Sequence record: PQ349265.1
Length of the DNA: 64,000 nucleotides
Direction: 5' to 3' (one strand)
From: Escherichia phage CJY920
The translations under genes and the position numbers were made by a program. Below are positions 40,858 through 51,272 of the stretch, one piece after another (position 1 is the stretch's first letter; every line of letters begins with the position of its first letter). The notes below the pieces were generated by a model. It saw only the letters and a list, made by a program, of their open reading frames with translations. It searched no databases and was not told where the DNA came from.

Positions 40858-41148
40858 ATGAAATCTTCTTTGCGCTTTTTAGGCCAAGAACTTGTAGTTG
40901 AAGGCGTTATTCCTGCTGATAACACTTTTAATGAAGCAGTTTATGATGAATTTATCAAAATTTTTGGAACAGATAAAAAGTTCGGAATTTTTCCTTCTGA
41001 AAATTTTTCAAAGCCAGAGCAGACTGAAAGCATTTTCCAGGGTGTAGTAACAGGTAAATTTGAGTCAGAAGCTCCGGTAAAAATTGAAGTTTATATTGAA
41101 GATAGTTTAGTTGCTTCAGTTTCCGCTTTTATTTCATTCCGTAAATAA
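40858..41148 (+). CDS. hypothetical protein (96 aa)
   Basis: ATG 8 nt after GAGGA; followed by a bidirectional terminator. Confidence 0.5.
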   Translation: MKSSLRFLGQELVVEGVIPADNTFNEAVYDEFIKIFGTDKKFGIFPSENFSKPEQTESIFQGVVTGKFESEAPVKIEVYIEDSLVASVSAFISFRK

Positions 41149-41154
41149 AAACAT

Positions 41155-41172
41155 GGGGACCTTTCGGTCCCC
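41155..41172. terminator. bidirectional terminator hairpin between the 96-aa ORF (+) and gene 54 (-)
   Basis: GGGGACC-TTTC-GGTCCCC with flanking T/A runs. Confidence 0.7.
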
Positions 41173-41176
41173 ATTG

Positions 41177-42142
41177 TTATATTGCTCCTAATATTTTACT
41201 TTGCGAGTTGACAATTCCCGTCATAGTATTAATGTTTGAAATGCTTCCTGCAGTTCCTCCTAATCTACTAAGTCGTGAAAGCGAATTAGATAGTCCAGTA
41301 ACACCTCCACTATTTCCGAGAACGCTTTGAATGCCATTTATAGCAGCAGATTCAAGCCACTCAAGCGCAGCTTGTCTATCAACCGCTCCAGCCTGCATGA
41401 CTCTATACGCAAAAGTAACATCAAATGTAGTTATTTGGTTATCTCCATCATATGATAACTCAGGAGCGCTCACTGACACTGGAATGCATCCGGTGAACAT
41501 CACAGCAGTATGAGGTAATCCATTACGAGCATGAAGATTAACCTGAATATCTGCCTCGACATCTTGTGGCAAAGCACGCAGTCCAGTTACTGGGTCTTGA
41601 ACAGCATTAACCCAGTCTTGCATTGCACGATAATTACATGCTTCTGAATCCATTCTAAATGAAATAACCAAAGGGTCTAATTCTCTCCCAGTTATACGAA
41701 TATTAGGAGAATTATAGTTCCAGTCAGTTTCATAGGATAATCTATTCTCTGGCATTTTTACTGAATATATCATCAATCCAGATGAGTTATATGCCATATT
41801 AAAGAAGTCAATTAAATATGTACCAACTGTAAATGAGCCCAATAAACTTTGAACTGTACGTTGACTCATGGCACCAATAAGATATTTACTAACTCCTGAT
41901 TTTCTTATCAGTTTTTGTGTGCCAGCAGTAATTAGCGTGGTAATTCCCTGATTAATATCGACTTGAGTCAATCCTAACCAATCTGAATTTAAACCCAAGT
42001 TATTATAAGAAAAGTTGCTAATTGAACTTATCAACGAAGAGCTTTTAGTTGATGGAGTTGTCGCAAAAACGCAGCTAAACATATTATTACGTTGGAAATC
42101 TGCGTTTATTGCTTGATTATTAAATTCCTCTAAAGAATACAT
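41177..42142 (-). CDS. 54: gp54 baseplate tail-tube initiator (321 aa)
   Basis: Size and order 54-48-29-28-27-51 as in T4. Confidence 0.8.
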   Translation of the reverse strand: MYSLEEFNNQAINADFQRNNMFSCVFATTPSTKSSSLISSISNFSYNNLGLNSDWLGLTQVDINQGITTLITAGTQKLIRKSGVSKYLIGAMSQRTVQSLLGSFTVGTYLIDFFNMAYNSSGLMIYSVKMPENRLSYETDWNYNSPNIRITGRELDPLVISFRMDSEACNYRAMQDWVNAVQDPVTGLRALPQDVEADIQVNLHARNGLPHTAVMFTGCIPVSVSAPELSYDGDNQITTFDVTFAYRVMQAGAVDRQAALEWLESAAINGIQSVLGNSGGVTGLSNSLSRLSRLGGTAGSISNINTMTGIVNSQSKILGAI

Positions 42143-43236
42143 TAAAAAGTCCCCGCATATAAAGAAGCACGGTTTAACGTGATAATTTCTCTCATAGTAA
42201 TCTCAAGAGTAAATGTACTAGGGAGGTTTGGAGCAATAGCTAATCCGTTAAAGTTACCATTAGGTGTTTTATCAAATCTGATGCTCTGTATTTGGCATGG
42301 GCCAAATATTTCCGTTTTTCCATCAAACTTAGATGTTGCACCAAAGTTTTTCACCATCCAAATTGTCGGGTTTGAAACTACTAGAACGTTAGTTAAACTC
42401 GATGTCATTTTCTCAAATAGTGTTTTATTTTTAGCTGCGTCTTCCGGAGATAAAGGTTCAATTAACGTAGAACGATACCAATCATCTAAATACCCCTTTA
42501 TTTCAGCAGCATATTGAGATTTGCCCGTTTCACCATAAGAAAAATAGTTAAAATATTGATAGATATTAATAATAGCCATTAAATCTTCTGTGGAACGTGG
42601 AGTCAAATCCCATGTAAACACTTTAGTTCTATTCTCAGCACCACCATACATACTTCTGGCTGTCGTATAAATCTGTTCATTATTATCAGCCATTATACCT
42701 TGTGTTATACTTTCCAGTGCCCCAAATACTGCAGTTGAAGCAATATTACTTAGCACACCAGTAGCAGTACCTCCGCCTCTGCTGATAAGACTTTCTTGAA
42801 CATCATTAAATCTATGTGATGATGTATCAACATCGGATTTAGATCTTGGTAAAAGAATATTTGCAACAGGTGCTTTACTTATTGTTCCTGAATTATTATC
42901 TGATATTAATCCATTTGACAGTTTTGATACTGTATTACTGATAGTGTTTCTGGCTGTACGTAAAATACTCGAAGATGAAGAAGAGTAGTTAGATCTCATC
43001 AATCTAAGACTTCCAGAATCCCTAGATGACATATTGTATGCAGTAAATAATAATCCATTCTTATATAGATCTGTTACCTGGAAGTCCCCTGTAGTGTCAT
43101 TACCACTAGCACGCCCAGTTGGAAACTGGGCAGTGTATGTTTTAGTTGCTACTTCTGATTTAGTACTCTGTCCGGCTGAAATTTTCTCACCTGACTTTTT
43201 AATTAAATCAGCAGTTATTTCTTTAACAATTGCCAT
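42142..43236 (-). CDS. 48: gp48 baseplate tail-tube cap (364 aa)
   Basis: 364 aa, T4 order. Confidence 0.8.
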   Translation of the reverse strand: MAIVKEITADLIKKSGEKISAGQSTKSEVATKTYTAQFPTGRASGNDTTGDFQVTDLYKNGLLFTAYNMSSRDSGSLRLMRSNYSSSSSSILRTARNTISNTVSKLSNGLISDNNSGTISKAPVANILLPRSKSDVDTSSHRFNDVQESLISRGGGTATGVLSNIASTAVFGALESITQGIMADNNEQIYTTARSMYGGAENRTKVFTWDLTPRSTEDLMAIINIYQYFNYFSYGETGKSQYAAEIKGYLDDWYRSTLIEPLSPEDAAKNKTLFEKMTSSLTNVLVVSNPTIWMVKNFGATSKFDGKTEIFGPCQIQSIRFDKTPNGNFNGLAIAPNLPSTFTLEITMREIITLNRASLYAGTF

Positions 43237-43244
43237 ATTATTCC

Positions 43245-45017
43245 TTAATTAACTCCAGTCGCATCAAATACACCAGGAGCAGTCGTGCTCGTAACAGGTG
43301 TCATATTATGAACGACAGTATTTTTCTTAATAACATTATTAGTATTATTGATCGAAGGAGATACTTGTTGAACAGGAGCTTGCTGTGCTTTGTTCTTTTC
43401 TATTACCTGGACTTGTTTTGCTTCTGGCGATTTAGCAGAAGTTTCAGGCTTGGCGTTAGGCTGATTTTTCTTGAGCTCTTGATAAGTAGCATCAATTTTA
43501 GAAAATCTAGCAGCAAGTTCCTTTTTAACTGCCGGTGAATTATTTAAATCTGGGTCATCCATCCGTTTTTTAAGGTCTTCATAGGCAGCTTCAACTGATT
43601 TAACTGTTGAGTCTTTACTCATATCAGCCGAATCAGCATATTTTTCAAAGCGAATCATCGCGGCGCGCGCTTCATTAGCCTTCATTAAAGCATTTTTTCT
43701 TTCTTCAGGTGAAAGTTGCTTTAATTTTTCTTCTTCTGCTGCACGTTCTTCGTCGGTAGTTAGTGCTTCTTTATTATCAACGCCACGAATCCAGTTAGAT
43801 GCACGAGTTTTCCAGTTCGCAATTTTGTCTAGTCCTTCTGCTATTGGACCAAGGTCTCCATTCATTCGTTTATCTTGATAATTTGCAACTTTTTCCTGGT
43901 CTTCTTTATTGAGAGATGCTCCAGTAGAATTTTGGAAATTTTCTAGCGCTCTTCCTTCTACTTCATCAGCGGTATCCTTCATGCCAGGAATGACTCGAAG
44001 AATTGCAGCAGATAATTTAGCCATTCCAAGCTGAATAAGTTCTCCTAAATTATAAAGAACCTTTCCAAGCCCTTCTACAATAGCTACCGTCAAACCGCCC
44101 CAATCTCCCTCTTCCCAGAATTTTTTAATTTCATCAATAGAACTAAAGATGCTCTGTAATAAAGGACCCCATGTTCCTGTTTCACTAGAGAATTTAGTAA
44201 AGTCTGTACTAAATAAATCCCATGCCTGCGAAAATTTATCTGACCAATATTTAAAGTGAACCATCAGCAGATCTATTCCAACAACAACAGCCAATATCAT
44301 TGCAGTCATTTTAGCAGCTTCAATAGCAGCACTGACGGTGTACTTAAATAGCATGCTTGATATTTTATCAGTAATTGAAATGGATTTTTTAAATCCAAAA
44401 TCAACTGTCTTTGTTAATTTATCTAAAGCTTGAGATAATTTTAAGTTAAATGCGTCTTTTTTCTGTTTTTCTTCTGGCGATTCTTGTTTAGGTTCAACTG
44501 GCTGAGGGGTAGGGAAAAAATCAGCATCAGGATCATTATTAACTGCTTCAGGAGCCGGTAATAAAGGACCCACAGATTCAGCTGTATCGTCCTCAACAAC
44601 TTTAACAGGAATAGCGCTTTCAACCGTGGCTAAACTAGTTCCTGTTTGTTGAATTCCGGCTGTCTGGATTTTTTGCTCGAGTAAACTGGTTAATTTATCT
44701 AATTTGCTCCCGAGTGATTCACCGATTTCTTTATTAATATTGTTGCCAATTTCAACAGTTTCAGCAATTAACTCAGAACCAGCAGTAGTATCACTCACTG
44801 CACTTTCTACATTGTCAATTGCTCCAATTATTTCATTCGATTTTTCTTCGACAGTTTGAGCAATTAATTCAGAAGCAGCTTGAGCATCATCCAATTTCGT
44901 AGATATATCGTTAAGTCCAGATAAAGTGTTAGAAGCGGATTTAGCCGCTTCCTGTGTTGGTTTATTATCTGAAATAACTTTTCTACGCATCGTTTGCATT
45001 TCTTGTGGCTTTTTCAT
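43245..45017 (-). CDS. 29: gp29 tail tape-measure / baseplate hub protein (590 aa)
   Basis: 590 aa, T4 order. Confidence 0.8.
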   Translation of the reverse strand: MKKPQEMQTMRRKVISDNKPTQEAAKSASNTLSGLNDISTKLDDAQAASELIAQTVEEKSNEIIGAIDNVESAVSDTTAGSELIAETVEIGNNINKEIGESLGSKLDKLTSLLEQKIQTAGIQQTGTSLATVESAIPVKVVEDDTAESVGPLLPAPEAVNNDPDADFFPTPQPVEPKQESPEEKQKKDAFNLKLSQALDKLTKTVDFGFKKSISITDKISSMLFKYTVSAAIEAAKMTAMILAVVVGIDLLMVHFKYWSDKFSQAWDLFSTDFTKFSSETGTWGPLLQSIFSSIDEIKKFWEEGDWGGLTVAIVEGLGKVLYNLGELIQLGMAKLSAAILRVIPGMKDTADEVEGRALENFQNSTGASLNKEDQEKVANYQDKRMNGDLGPIAEGLDKIANWKTRASNWIRGVDNKEALTTDEERAAEEEKLKQLSPEERKNALMKANEARAAMIRFEKYADSADMSKDSTVKSVEAAYEDLKKRMDDPDLNNSPAVKKELAARFSKIDATYQELKKNQPNAKPETSAKSPEAKQVQVIEKNKAQQAPVQQVSPSINNTNNVIKKNTVVHNMTPVTSTTAPGVFDATGVN

Positions 45018-45547
45018 TCAAATAATCCAATAATATTGCCAATTCCGGTTATTGGACCATTAGGGCCAGGAATTGCTAAAGTTGTAAAAATATCATTTGC
45101 CCATTTTAAAACGAATGCTGGCATCTCAAGAAAATTAATTTCTTTAACTTCATCATTGACCTTAAGCAAGCATTTGGATAACATATCGCTCACAGTTAAA
45201 AATTGTTCAAATTTTCCAGGCGGTCTAAAATAAAATGTATTTCCTTGGTATTGAAATTCTAATCTTTGGCATACATAAACATCATTAATGTCATAAGTAT
45301 AACCATCTATTTCTTTACGAGATTTAATCTTTCCATTAAATTCCAATAAATGAATTGAAACGAAATCAACTTCTGCTGGTGATAAATTCGGACAAATAGA
45401 ATCAATAAGAAGTTTTAAATTTTCATCAGGACCTTTAACATCTTTTAAAATGTTATAATGTTTAAGACCCATTTTAGGAATAGAAACTTCTTTATTGCTT
45501 ATTGGAAGAACTACTTTCTTCAGTGGTAGTATCAGATTTAAATTCAT
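45014..45547 (-). CDS. 28: gp28 baseplate distal hub subunit (177 aa)
   Basis: 177 aa; start overlaps the 3' end of gene 27 by about 56 nt. Confidence 0.75.
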   Translation of the reverse strand: MNLNLILPLKKVVLPISNKEVSIPKMGLKHYNILKDVKGPDENLKLLIDSICPNLSPAEVDFVSIHLLEFNGKIKSRKEIDGYTYDINDVYVCQRLEFQYQGNTFYFRPPGKFEQFLTVSDMLSKCLLKVNDEVKEINFLEMPAFVLKWANDIFTTLAIPGPNGPITGIGNIIGLFE

Positions 45548-46667
45548 TTTTAACCTTAACTGGGTCTATTGTTTCCAGTTTCGTTGCATTAGTGAACATA
45601 TATAGATGAGTTACCGAATTATTATTGGATAATTCATGGATGACTTCATCAACGTAAAATTCTGTTTTAAATTGGTTTTTACTATCATTAAAAATAATTT
45701 TAACGCCAGGAGTCAAGTTAAAATTACCGACAGTAGAACATTTAGCATAACCATCGTATTGTGCCATAGTTTGAAGACGAATAGCTTCTTCATATCCATT
45801 CCTATAAGTCATTTCAGAATAAGCACCTGACCTTGATACTACAATAGAGTTTTCTCCCTTTCCTGTAGTAATCATTGGCAATGAAGAATCTAAAAATGAA
45901 TGCGCATAGATAGTAGCGTTTTTCATTGGGTCGCGTTTGTGAGGATTTGATTTAGTCAACCAAACGAAATCATATGCTAATGGATATTTTAATTCTTGGA
46001 TGAATTGACCTATTAAAGATGGCTCACCGACAATCATTGGATATGGTTCTTGATTTATCATCATATCATAGTCCATCATGTTAACTCCCATGATGTCTTG
46101 CCATACAAATACAAATTTGTCACTTCCTACAGCTAGAGCAACTTCTCTGACATACGACAAATAGTTTTCAAATGTGCTAGTCCATGGAATATCAGGAACA
46201 TAAGCATTTATAGCATTTATTGCTGGAGTTAATAACGTGCGATCCTGATAAATGACACCAAGCATTTCCTTTATAGATTCACCTGCATCAGAGAAAAACG
46301 GTCTGCCAAATTTAAGATTTTCTATAGAATGAATAGTTCCCAATTCAATAGCAATGATGTTATCACCCTTTGAATCTACAGATACAGAAAAATGCTTACA
46401 TCCATAAATTCGTGTTTTAACATTATTAATATCGTTTGCATTAGCTACAGAAATCTGAATTATTTCATTTCCATCCATTTTTGTATGGATATTTTTAGAA
46501 TCATAAAACTGCAGCATTCCTTCATTTCGGCCATAAAGAGAATCCCGCATAGTTAATGTGGTAATAGTAGCAGCTAATTCAACAAATCTATTATTACTCC
46601 AAGAGTCGTAGCTATCAAATAATTTAACGCTGAGATTTGGATATCCTGGGCGTTGCAACATACTCAT
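45492..46667 (-). CDS. 27: gp27 baseplate hub subunit (391 aa)
   Basis: 391 aa, T4 order. Confidence 0.85.
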   Translation of the reverse strand: MSMLQRPGYPNLSVKLFDSYDSWSNNRFVELAATITTLTMRDSLYGRNEGMLQFYDSKNIHTKMDGNEIIQISVANANDINNVKTRIYGCKHFSVSVDSKGDNIIAIELGTIHSIENLKFGRPFFSDAGESIKEMLGVIYQDRTLLTPAINAINAYVPDIPWTSTFENYLSYVREVALAVGSDKFVFVWQDIMGVNMMDYDMMINQEPYPMIVGEPSLIGQFIQELKYPLAYDFVWLTKSNPHKRDPMKNATIYAHSFLDSSLPMITTGKGENSIVVSRSGAYSEMTYRNGYEEAIRLQTMAQYDGYAKCSTVGNFNLTPGVKIIFNDSKNQFKTEFYVDEVIHELSNNNSVTHLYMFTNATKLETIDPVKVKNEFKSDTTTEESSSSNKQ

Positions 46668-47416
46668 TATTGTTTATCCTTCTCAATCAGTTTTAATACG
46701 AATCCGCGCTCGGCAGGAATCATTTTCATTATTGAATTTAAGCTATAATTACTTTTTACGAGTGTGTGATTAATTTGATAAAAAGTAAATATCTCATCTG
46801 GGTTAACTAATAGCTTAAACACATCTACTATATCAGTGTATTTTTTTACATACTTATCACAGCAGGACATATGTAGAGTTAAATTAATAGGATTCATTGC
46901 ATCGAGAATTTTTTCTAATGTTTCTATCTCGATGGCGTCAACGAGTTCTATTTGACTTGATTCGCTAATTTCCTTCCAATCATACCAAGTTTCATCTACT
47001 TGAACAGAATGAATATTTTCAGTAATCATCTTTGCTTTATTTTCATAAAACTCAGAAGGAAACTTTAATTTAATTTTAACATTAGCTACATCAAAAACAG
47101 GTTCCTTTAATTCTTTTTGATATATTTCAAATGGAACTGTCTTTTCTTTTTTACATTTTGGACATACAAATGTGACCGGTACTTTAGTTTTACCTATTGA
47201 CCCTACAAATACCTGCAAAAATATAAATGGTTGCCAAGTCTTCGGATAATCTCCAAAATAATCGGCAATTAAATCAGCAATTATTTCTTTTTGTTCTTGT
47301 GGTGACCGATGTTCTATATCGTTTCGAACTAACAAAAAATCTCGATAATCTTCTACCGTAAATGGTTTAAAACGATGAACACCATCTGGTAATTTACAAC
47401 GAATAATGTTTGCCAT
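46667..47416 (-). CDS. 51: gp51 baseplate hub assembly catalyst (249 aa)
   Basis: 249 aa, divergent from gene 26. Confidence 0.8.
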   Translation of the reverse strand: MANIIRCKLPDGVHRFKPFTVEDYRDFLLVRNDIEHRSPQEQKEIIADLIADYFGDYPKTWQPFIFLQVFVGSIGKTKVPVTFVCPKCKKEKTVPFEIYQKELKEPVFDVANVKIKLKFPSEFYENKAKMITENIHSVQVDETWYDWKEISESSQIELVDAIEIETLEKILDAMNPINLTLHMSCCDKYVKKYTDIVDVFKLLVNPDEIFTFYQINHTLVKSNYSLNSIMKMIPAERGFVLKLIEKDKQ

Positions 47417-47432
47417 AGATGCTCCTTTTATT

Positions 47433-47444
47433 CTATTTATAAAT
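47433..47444. promoter_or_regulatory. overlapping divergent late promoters (TATAAATA on both strands) for genes 51 and 26
   Basis: TATTTATAAATA: minus-strand TATAAATA at 47433-40 for gene 51 and plus-strand TATAAATA at 47437-44 for gene 26. Confidence 0.7.
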
Positions 47445-47466
47445 ATGATAAATAAAGGAGCTAAAT

Positions 47467-48093
47467 ATGTATGAATACAAATTTGATGTGAGAGTTGGTT
47501 CTAAAATAATCAACTGTCGCGCATTTACTCTTAAAGAATATCTAGAACTTATTACTGCTAAAAAGAACGGTTCAGTAGAAGAGATCGTTAAAAAGCTAAT
47601 TAAAGACTGTACAAATGCAAAAGATTTAAACCGCCAAGAATCAGAACTACTGCTGATTCATTTATGGGCGCATTCTCTTGGAGAAGTTAATCACGAAAAC
47701 TCCTGGAAGTGCACCTGTGGAACTGAAATATCAACCCATATAAATCTATTACATACACAAATAGATGCACCAGAAGACCTCTGGTATACACTGGGTGACA
47801 TTAAAATTAAGTTCCATTACCCTAAAATTTTTGATGATAAAAACATAGCCCACATGATAGTATCATGCATAGAAACGATTCATGCTAACGGGGAAAGCAT
47901 TCCAGTTGAAGACTTAAATGAAAAGGAACTAGAAGATTTATATTCTATCATCACAGAGTCAGATATTGTAGCTATAAAAGATATGCTTTTAAAACCTACC
48001 GTTTATTTGGCTGTTCCAATTAAGTGTCCAGAGTGTGGAAAAACCCATGCTCACGTAATAAGAGGCCTCAAAGAGTTCTTTGAGTTACTATAA
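47467..48093 (+). CDS. 26: gp26 baseplate hub subunit (208 aa)
   Basis: 208 aa, T4 order. Confidence 0.8.
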   Translation: MYEYKFDVRVGSKIINCRAFTLKEYLELITAKKNGSVEEIVKKLIKDCTNAKDLNRQESELLLIHLWAHSLGEVNHENSWKCTCGTEISTHINLLHTQIDAPEDLWYTLGDIKIKFHYPKIFDDKNIAHMIVSCIETIHANGESIPVEDLNEKELEDLYSIITESDIVAIKDMLLKPTVYLAVPIKCPECGKTHAHVIRGLKEFFELL

Positions 48094-48095
48094 TG
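48060..48095 (+). promoter_or_regulatory. split ribosome-binding site of gene 25 (SD - hairpin - AUG)
   Basis: AAGAGG 48060-65, hairpin CTCAAAG-AGTT-CTTTGAG 48067-84, ATG 48093. Confidence 0.7.
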
Positions 48096-48491
48096 GCAAA
48101 TATTAATAAGCTTTATTCTGATATTGACCCGGAAATGAAAATGGATTGGAACAAAGATGTTTCCAGATCACTTGGATTAAGGTCAATTAAAAACAGTCTT
48201 TTGGGAATTATTACAACAAGAAAAGGTTCAAGACCGTTTGACCCTGAATTTGGATGTGATTTATCAGACCAGCTTTTTGAAAATATGACTCCTCTTACTG
48301 CTGACACAGTTGAGCGCAATATTGAAAGCGCAGTAAGAAACTATGAGCCACGTATTGATAAATTATCAGTTAATGTGATACCAGTTTATGATGATTATAC
48401 TCTGATAGTAGAAATACGCTTTTCGGTCATCGATAACCCTGATGATATTGAGCAGATAAAACTGCAACTGGCTTCCAGTAATAGGGTATAA
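48093..48491 (+). CDS. 25: gp25 baseplate wedge protein (132 aa)
   Basis: 132 aa, T4 order. Confidence 0.85.
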   Translation: MANINKLYSDIDPEMKMDWNKDVSRSLGLRSIKNSLLGIITTRKGSRPFDPEFGCDLSDQLFENMTPLTADTVERNIESAVRNYEPRIDKLSVNVIPVYDDYTLIVEIRFSVIDNPDDIEQIKLQLASSNRV

Positions 48492-48518
48492 TGCTTCACG
48501 TTAAAACGTGGTATAATG
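48489..48518 (+). promoter_or_regulatory. middle promoter (MotA box AATGCTTCA, -10 TATAAT) for uvsY
   Basis: TGCTT at 48492-96, TATAAT at 48512-17. Confidence 0.65.
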
Positions 48519-48557
48519 AATCTAAGTCCATCCAATAACAATTGAATAGAGAACAAT

Positions 48558-48971
48558 ATGAGATTAGAAGATCTTCAAGAAGAATTGAAGAAAGATGTGT
48601 TTATAGATTCGACTAAATTACAGTATGAAGCAGCTAATAATGTGATGTTATATAGTAAATGGCTTAATAAGCATTCAAGTATTAAAAAGGAAATGCTTAG
48701 AATTGACGCACAGAAAAAAGTTGCTCTTAAAGCTAGATTAGACTACTACTCGGGACGAGGAGATGGTGATGAATTTAGTATGGACCGTTACGAGAAATCA
48801 GAAATGAAGACAGTTCTATCAGCTGATAAGGATGTTTTAAAGGTTGATACCTCGTTACAGTATTGGGGAATTTTATTAGATTTCTGTAGCGGAGCTCTTG
48901 ATGCTATTAAATCACGCGGATTTGCTATTAAGCATATTCAAGACATGCGAGCATTTGAGGCTGGAAAATAA
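48558..48971 (+). CDS. uvsY: UvsY recombination mediator (137 aa)
   Basis: 137 aa, T4 order after gene 25. Confidence 0.85.
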   Translation: MRLEDLQEELKKDVFIDSTKLQYEAANNVMLYSKWLNKHSSIKKEMLRIDAQKKVALKARLDYYSGRGDGDEFSMDRYEKSEMKTVLSADKDVLKVDTSLQYWGILLDFCSGALDAIKSRGFAIKHIQDMRAFEAGK

Positions 48972-49195
48972 TGAGATATAGCATTGATGATGCTTTTAAT
49001 TATGAAGAAGAATTCGAAACGGAAATTCAATTCTTAATGAAAAAGTATAATCTCAAGCGTCAGGATATTCGTATCCTGGCCGACCATCCATGCGGTGAAG
49101 ATGTACTTTATATTAAAGGAAAATTTGCCGGATATCTTGATGAATATTTTTATTCTAAAGATATGGGCATTGATATGCATATGAGAGTTGTATAA
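48971..49195 (+). CDS. hypothetical protein, uvsY.-1-like (74 aa)
   Basis: ATG overlapping uvsY stop. Confidence 0.5.
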   Translation: MRYSIDDAFNYEEEFETEIQFLMKKYNLKRQDIRILADHPCGEDVLYIKGKFAGYLDEYFYSKDMGIDMHMRVV

Positions 49196-49231
49196 ATAGA
49201 TATAGATATATATAATTCAGAGGAGACAATC

Positions 49232-49399
49232 ATGTCAGATAAGATTTGTGTTGTCTGTAAAACTCCAATCGATTCTGCATTGGTTGTTGAAACAGACAAA
49301 GGTCCTGTACATCCTGGGCCTTGTTATAATTACATTAAAGAACTACCAGTTTCAGAAAGTTCGGAAGAACAATTAAATGAAACACAACTTTTGCTATAG
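49232..49399 (+). CDS. small Cys-containing protein, uvsY.-2-like (55 aa)
   Basis: ATG with AGGAGA SD; CVVCKT...HPGPC; below the ORF-track length cut-off. Confidence 0.4.
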   Translation: MSDKICVVCKTPIDSALVVETDKGPVHPGPCYNYIKELPVSESSEEQLNETQLLL

Positions 49400-49454
49400 T
49401 GTGACCTTTAGTCTATAGTTTTGGCCCTTCCTTTTTGGTTGGGCCTTTTTTAAT

Positions 49455-49685
49455 TTAAAAGCTTTCTTCTACTTCATCGTCTGAATCTTCTAATTCAGCT
49501 CTTTTTCCTGCCAAAGCATCTCTCACAGAGATGTCATCAGTATCTTTTAATTCAGTTTCTTTAACTCTTTTCTTATAATAAGCTTCAAGTTCTTCTAAAC
49601 CTTCTAATGTTTGACAAGAGGCAATTTTACCCATAAATTCATCAATAGAAGCTTCATAAAGAAATTGTTTAAATCCTAGTAACAT
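49455..49685 (-). CDS. uvsW.1: UvsW.1 (76 aa)
   Basis: From ATG at 49685 (SD GGAGA): MLLGFKQFLYEASIDEF...; ORF-track start is a TTG extension. Confidence 0.7.
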   Translation of the reverse strand: MLLGFKQFLYEASIDEFMGKIASCQTLEGLEELEAYYKKRVKETELKDTDDISVRDALAGKRAELEDSDDEVEESF

Positions 49686-49710
49686 CTTTTTCTCCAAAGG
49701 GCCGAAGCCC

Positions 49711-51222
49711 TTATAAATTAACTGTTTTCATTACGTAATTAAATTTTTCATCTGCGTAGCGCTGAATACGATCAATGCCGTGTTTTAAAAGATAGTTCAA
49801 ATGAACGTATTTCTTTTTCGTATTAGCAGATTTTGGTCTAACGCCCGCGTCATCTATGAGGTCCCAGACCGTTGCGATTGTTTTAGAACCATGCTTACGT
49901 AATACACGACCGATTGTTTGTAATACAATGATTTTTGATTTAACGCCGTGCGCTAAAACAACATGATGCAGATTTTTAACTGAAATACCAGTAGAAAATA
50001 CACCATAACTCGCTACTATAATTATTCCTTTACCGTTTTCAGCTAAGGTTTTCATTACGTTGCGGGTTTCGGTATCAACTTCCCCTGATACGTAATAAAC
50101 TTTATCGTATTCATTTTTAATTAAATCGAAAATAGCTTTACCGTGTGATACGTGTTTAAACATGACAAAAGCGTTTTCATCTTTTTGCGCAAGCTTAATA
50201 GCTAATTTAGCGATCCATTTATTTCTTTTACTGAGCCCAGTAATAATTTTTATTTCTTCTTGGTAAGTTTTTCCCTTTAATTTAGTAGTGAACTCATCGG
50301 GATAGCGAAGAAAAATACTATTAATTTTTAGCTCAGTTACTTGTCCATCTTCCATTAATTTAGAAGTCGTTACTGGCTTAAATATTTCACCAAACATTCC
50401 AACATACTGCATGATATTAGCTTTGCCATCACGTAATGAACCAGACAAACCGAATTTGAACATGCAGTTATTTAAACCTGATATGATAGATGAAATACTT
50501 TTTCCTGTAGCAAGATGGCATTCATCATTCATCATCATTCCAAACTGTGAGAACCATTCTTTTGGTTGTTTTACTACAGTTTGCCATGTACCAACAACGA
50601 CTGGCGCATCATTTTTATATTTATCATCTTTTGATGCTCCGCCACCGATTTTCTTTATCATTGCATGACTGAATAAACGATAGTCAACGAAGTCATCAGC
50701 CATCTGAGTTGTCAGAGCAGTTGTTGGAACAATGATAAGAATTTTACCTTCATAATTTTCCAAATAATATCGCGCAAGCAAAGCTTGAATTAAAGATTTA
50801 CCAGCAGATGTTGGAAGATTAAGAATTCTACGACGATTAACTAATCCTTCGAACACTGCATCTTTTTGATACCAGTGTGGTTCAATTCTTTTATTTCCTG
50901 AATAGATTTCTAATTTAGAAAGCCATTCATCAAAATCTTTTCTTGATAATTCTTCTTTTTCATTAATTTGTGGGTCAATCCAGGCTTTATAACCAAAGTT
51001 ATCACAGAACTTTTTAATTTGCCCGACTAAGCCGAATGGAAGAAGACGATTATAATCTAAAAGACGGATTCGTCCATCCCAGTTGCCATATCTGAAGCGA
51101 GGATTAAACCTATATCCATCAGCTTCAAAGCTAAAGAAATCACGGAGTTCATGAAATGTACTTTCTTCACAATCAATTCTCACGTGACTAAAATCATAAA
51201 AATGTACTTTAATGTCAGTCAT
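49711..51222 (-). CDS. uvsW: UvsW DNA/RNA helicase (503 aa)
   Basis: SF2 helicase motifs (PTSAGKS Walker A, DECH box); 503 aa. Confidence 0.9.
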   Translation of the reverse strand: MTDIKVHFYDFSHVRIDCEESTFHELRDFFSFEADGYRFNPRFRYGNWDGRIRLLDYNRLLPFGLVGQIKKFCDNFGYKAWIDPQINEKEELSRKDFDEWLSKLEIYSGNKRIEPHWYQKDAVFEGLVNRRRILNLPTSAGKSLIQALLARYYLENYEGKILIIVPTTALTTQMADDFVDYRLFSHAMIKKIGGGASKDDKYKNDAPVVVGTWQTVVKQPKEWFSQFGMMMNDECHLATGKSISSIISGLNNCMFKFGLSGSLRDGKANIMQYVGMFGEIFKPVTTSKLMEDGQVTELKINSIFLRYPDEFTTKLKGKTYQEEIKIITGLSKRNKWIAKLAIKLAQKDENAFVMFKHVSHGKAIFDLIKNEYDKVYYVSGEVDTETRNVMKTLAENGKGIIIVASYGVFSTGISVKNLHHVVLAHGVKSKIIVLQTIGRVLRKHGSKTIATVWDLIDDAGVRPKSANTKKKYVHLNYLLKHGIDRIQRYADEKFNYVMKTVNL

Positions 51223-51272
51223 GTCTAAATACCATGTAATAAATATATCTATATTTATACTGAGGAAATATT

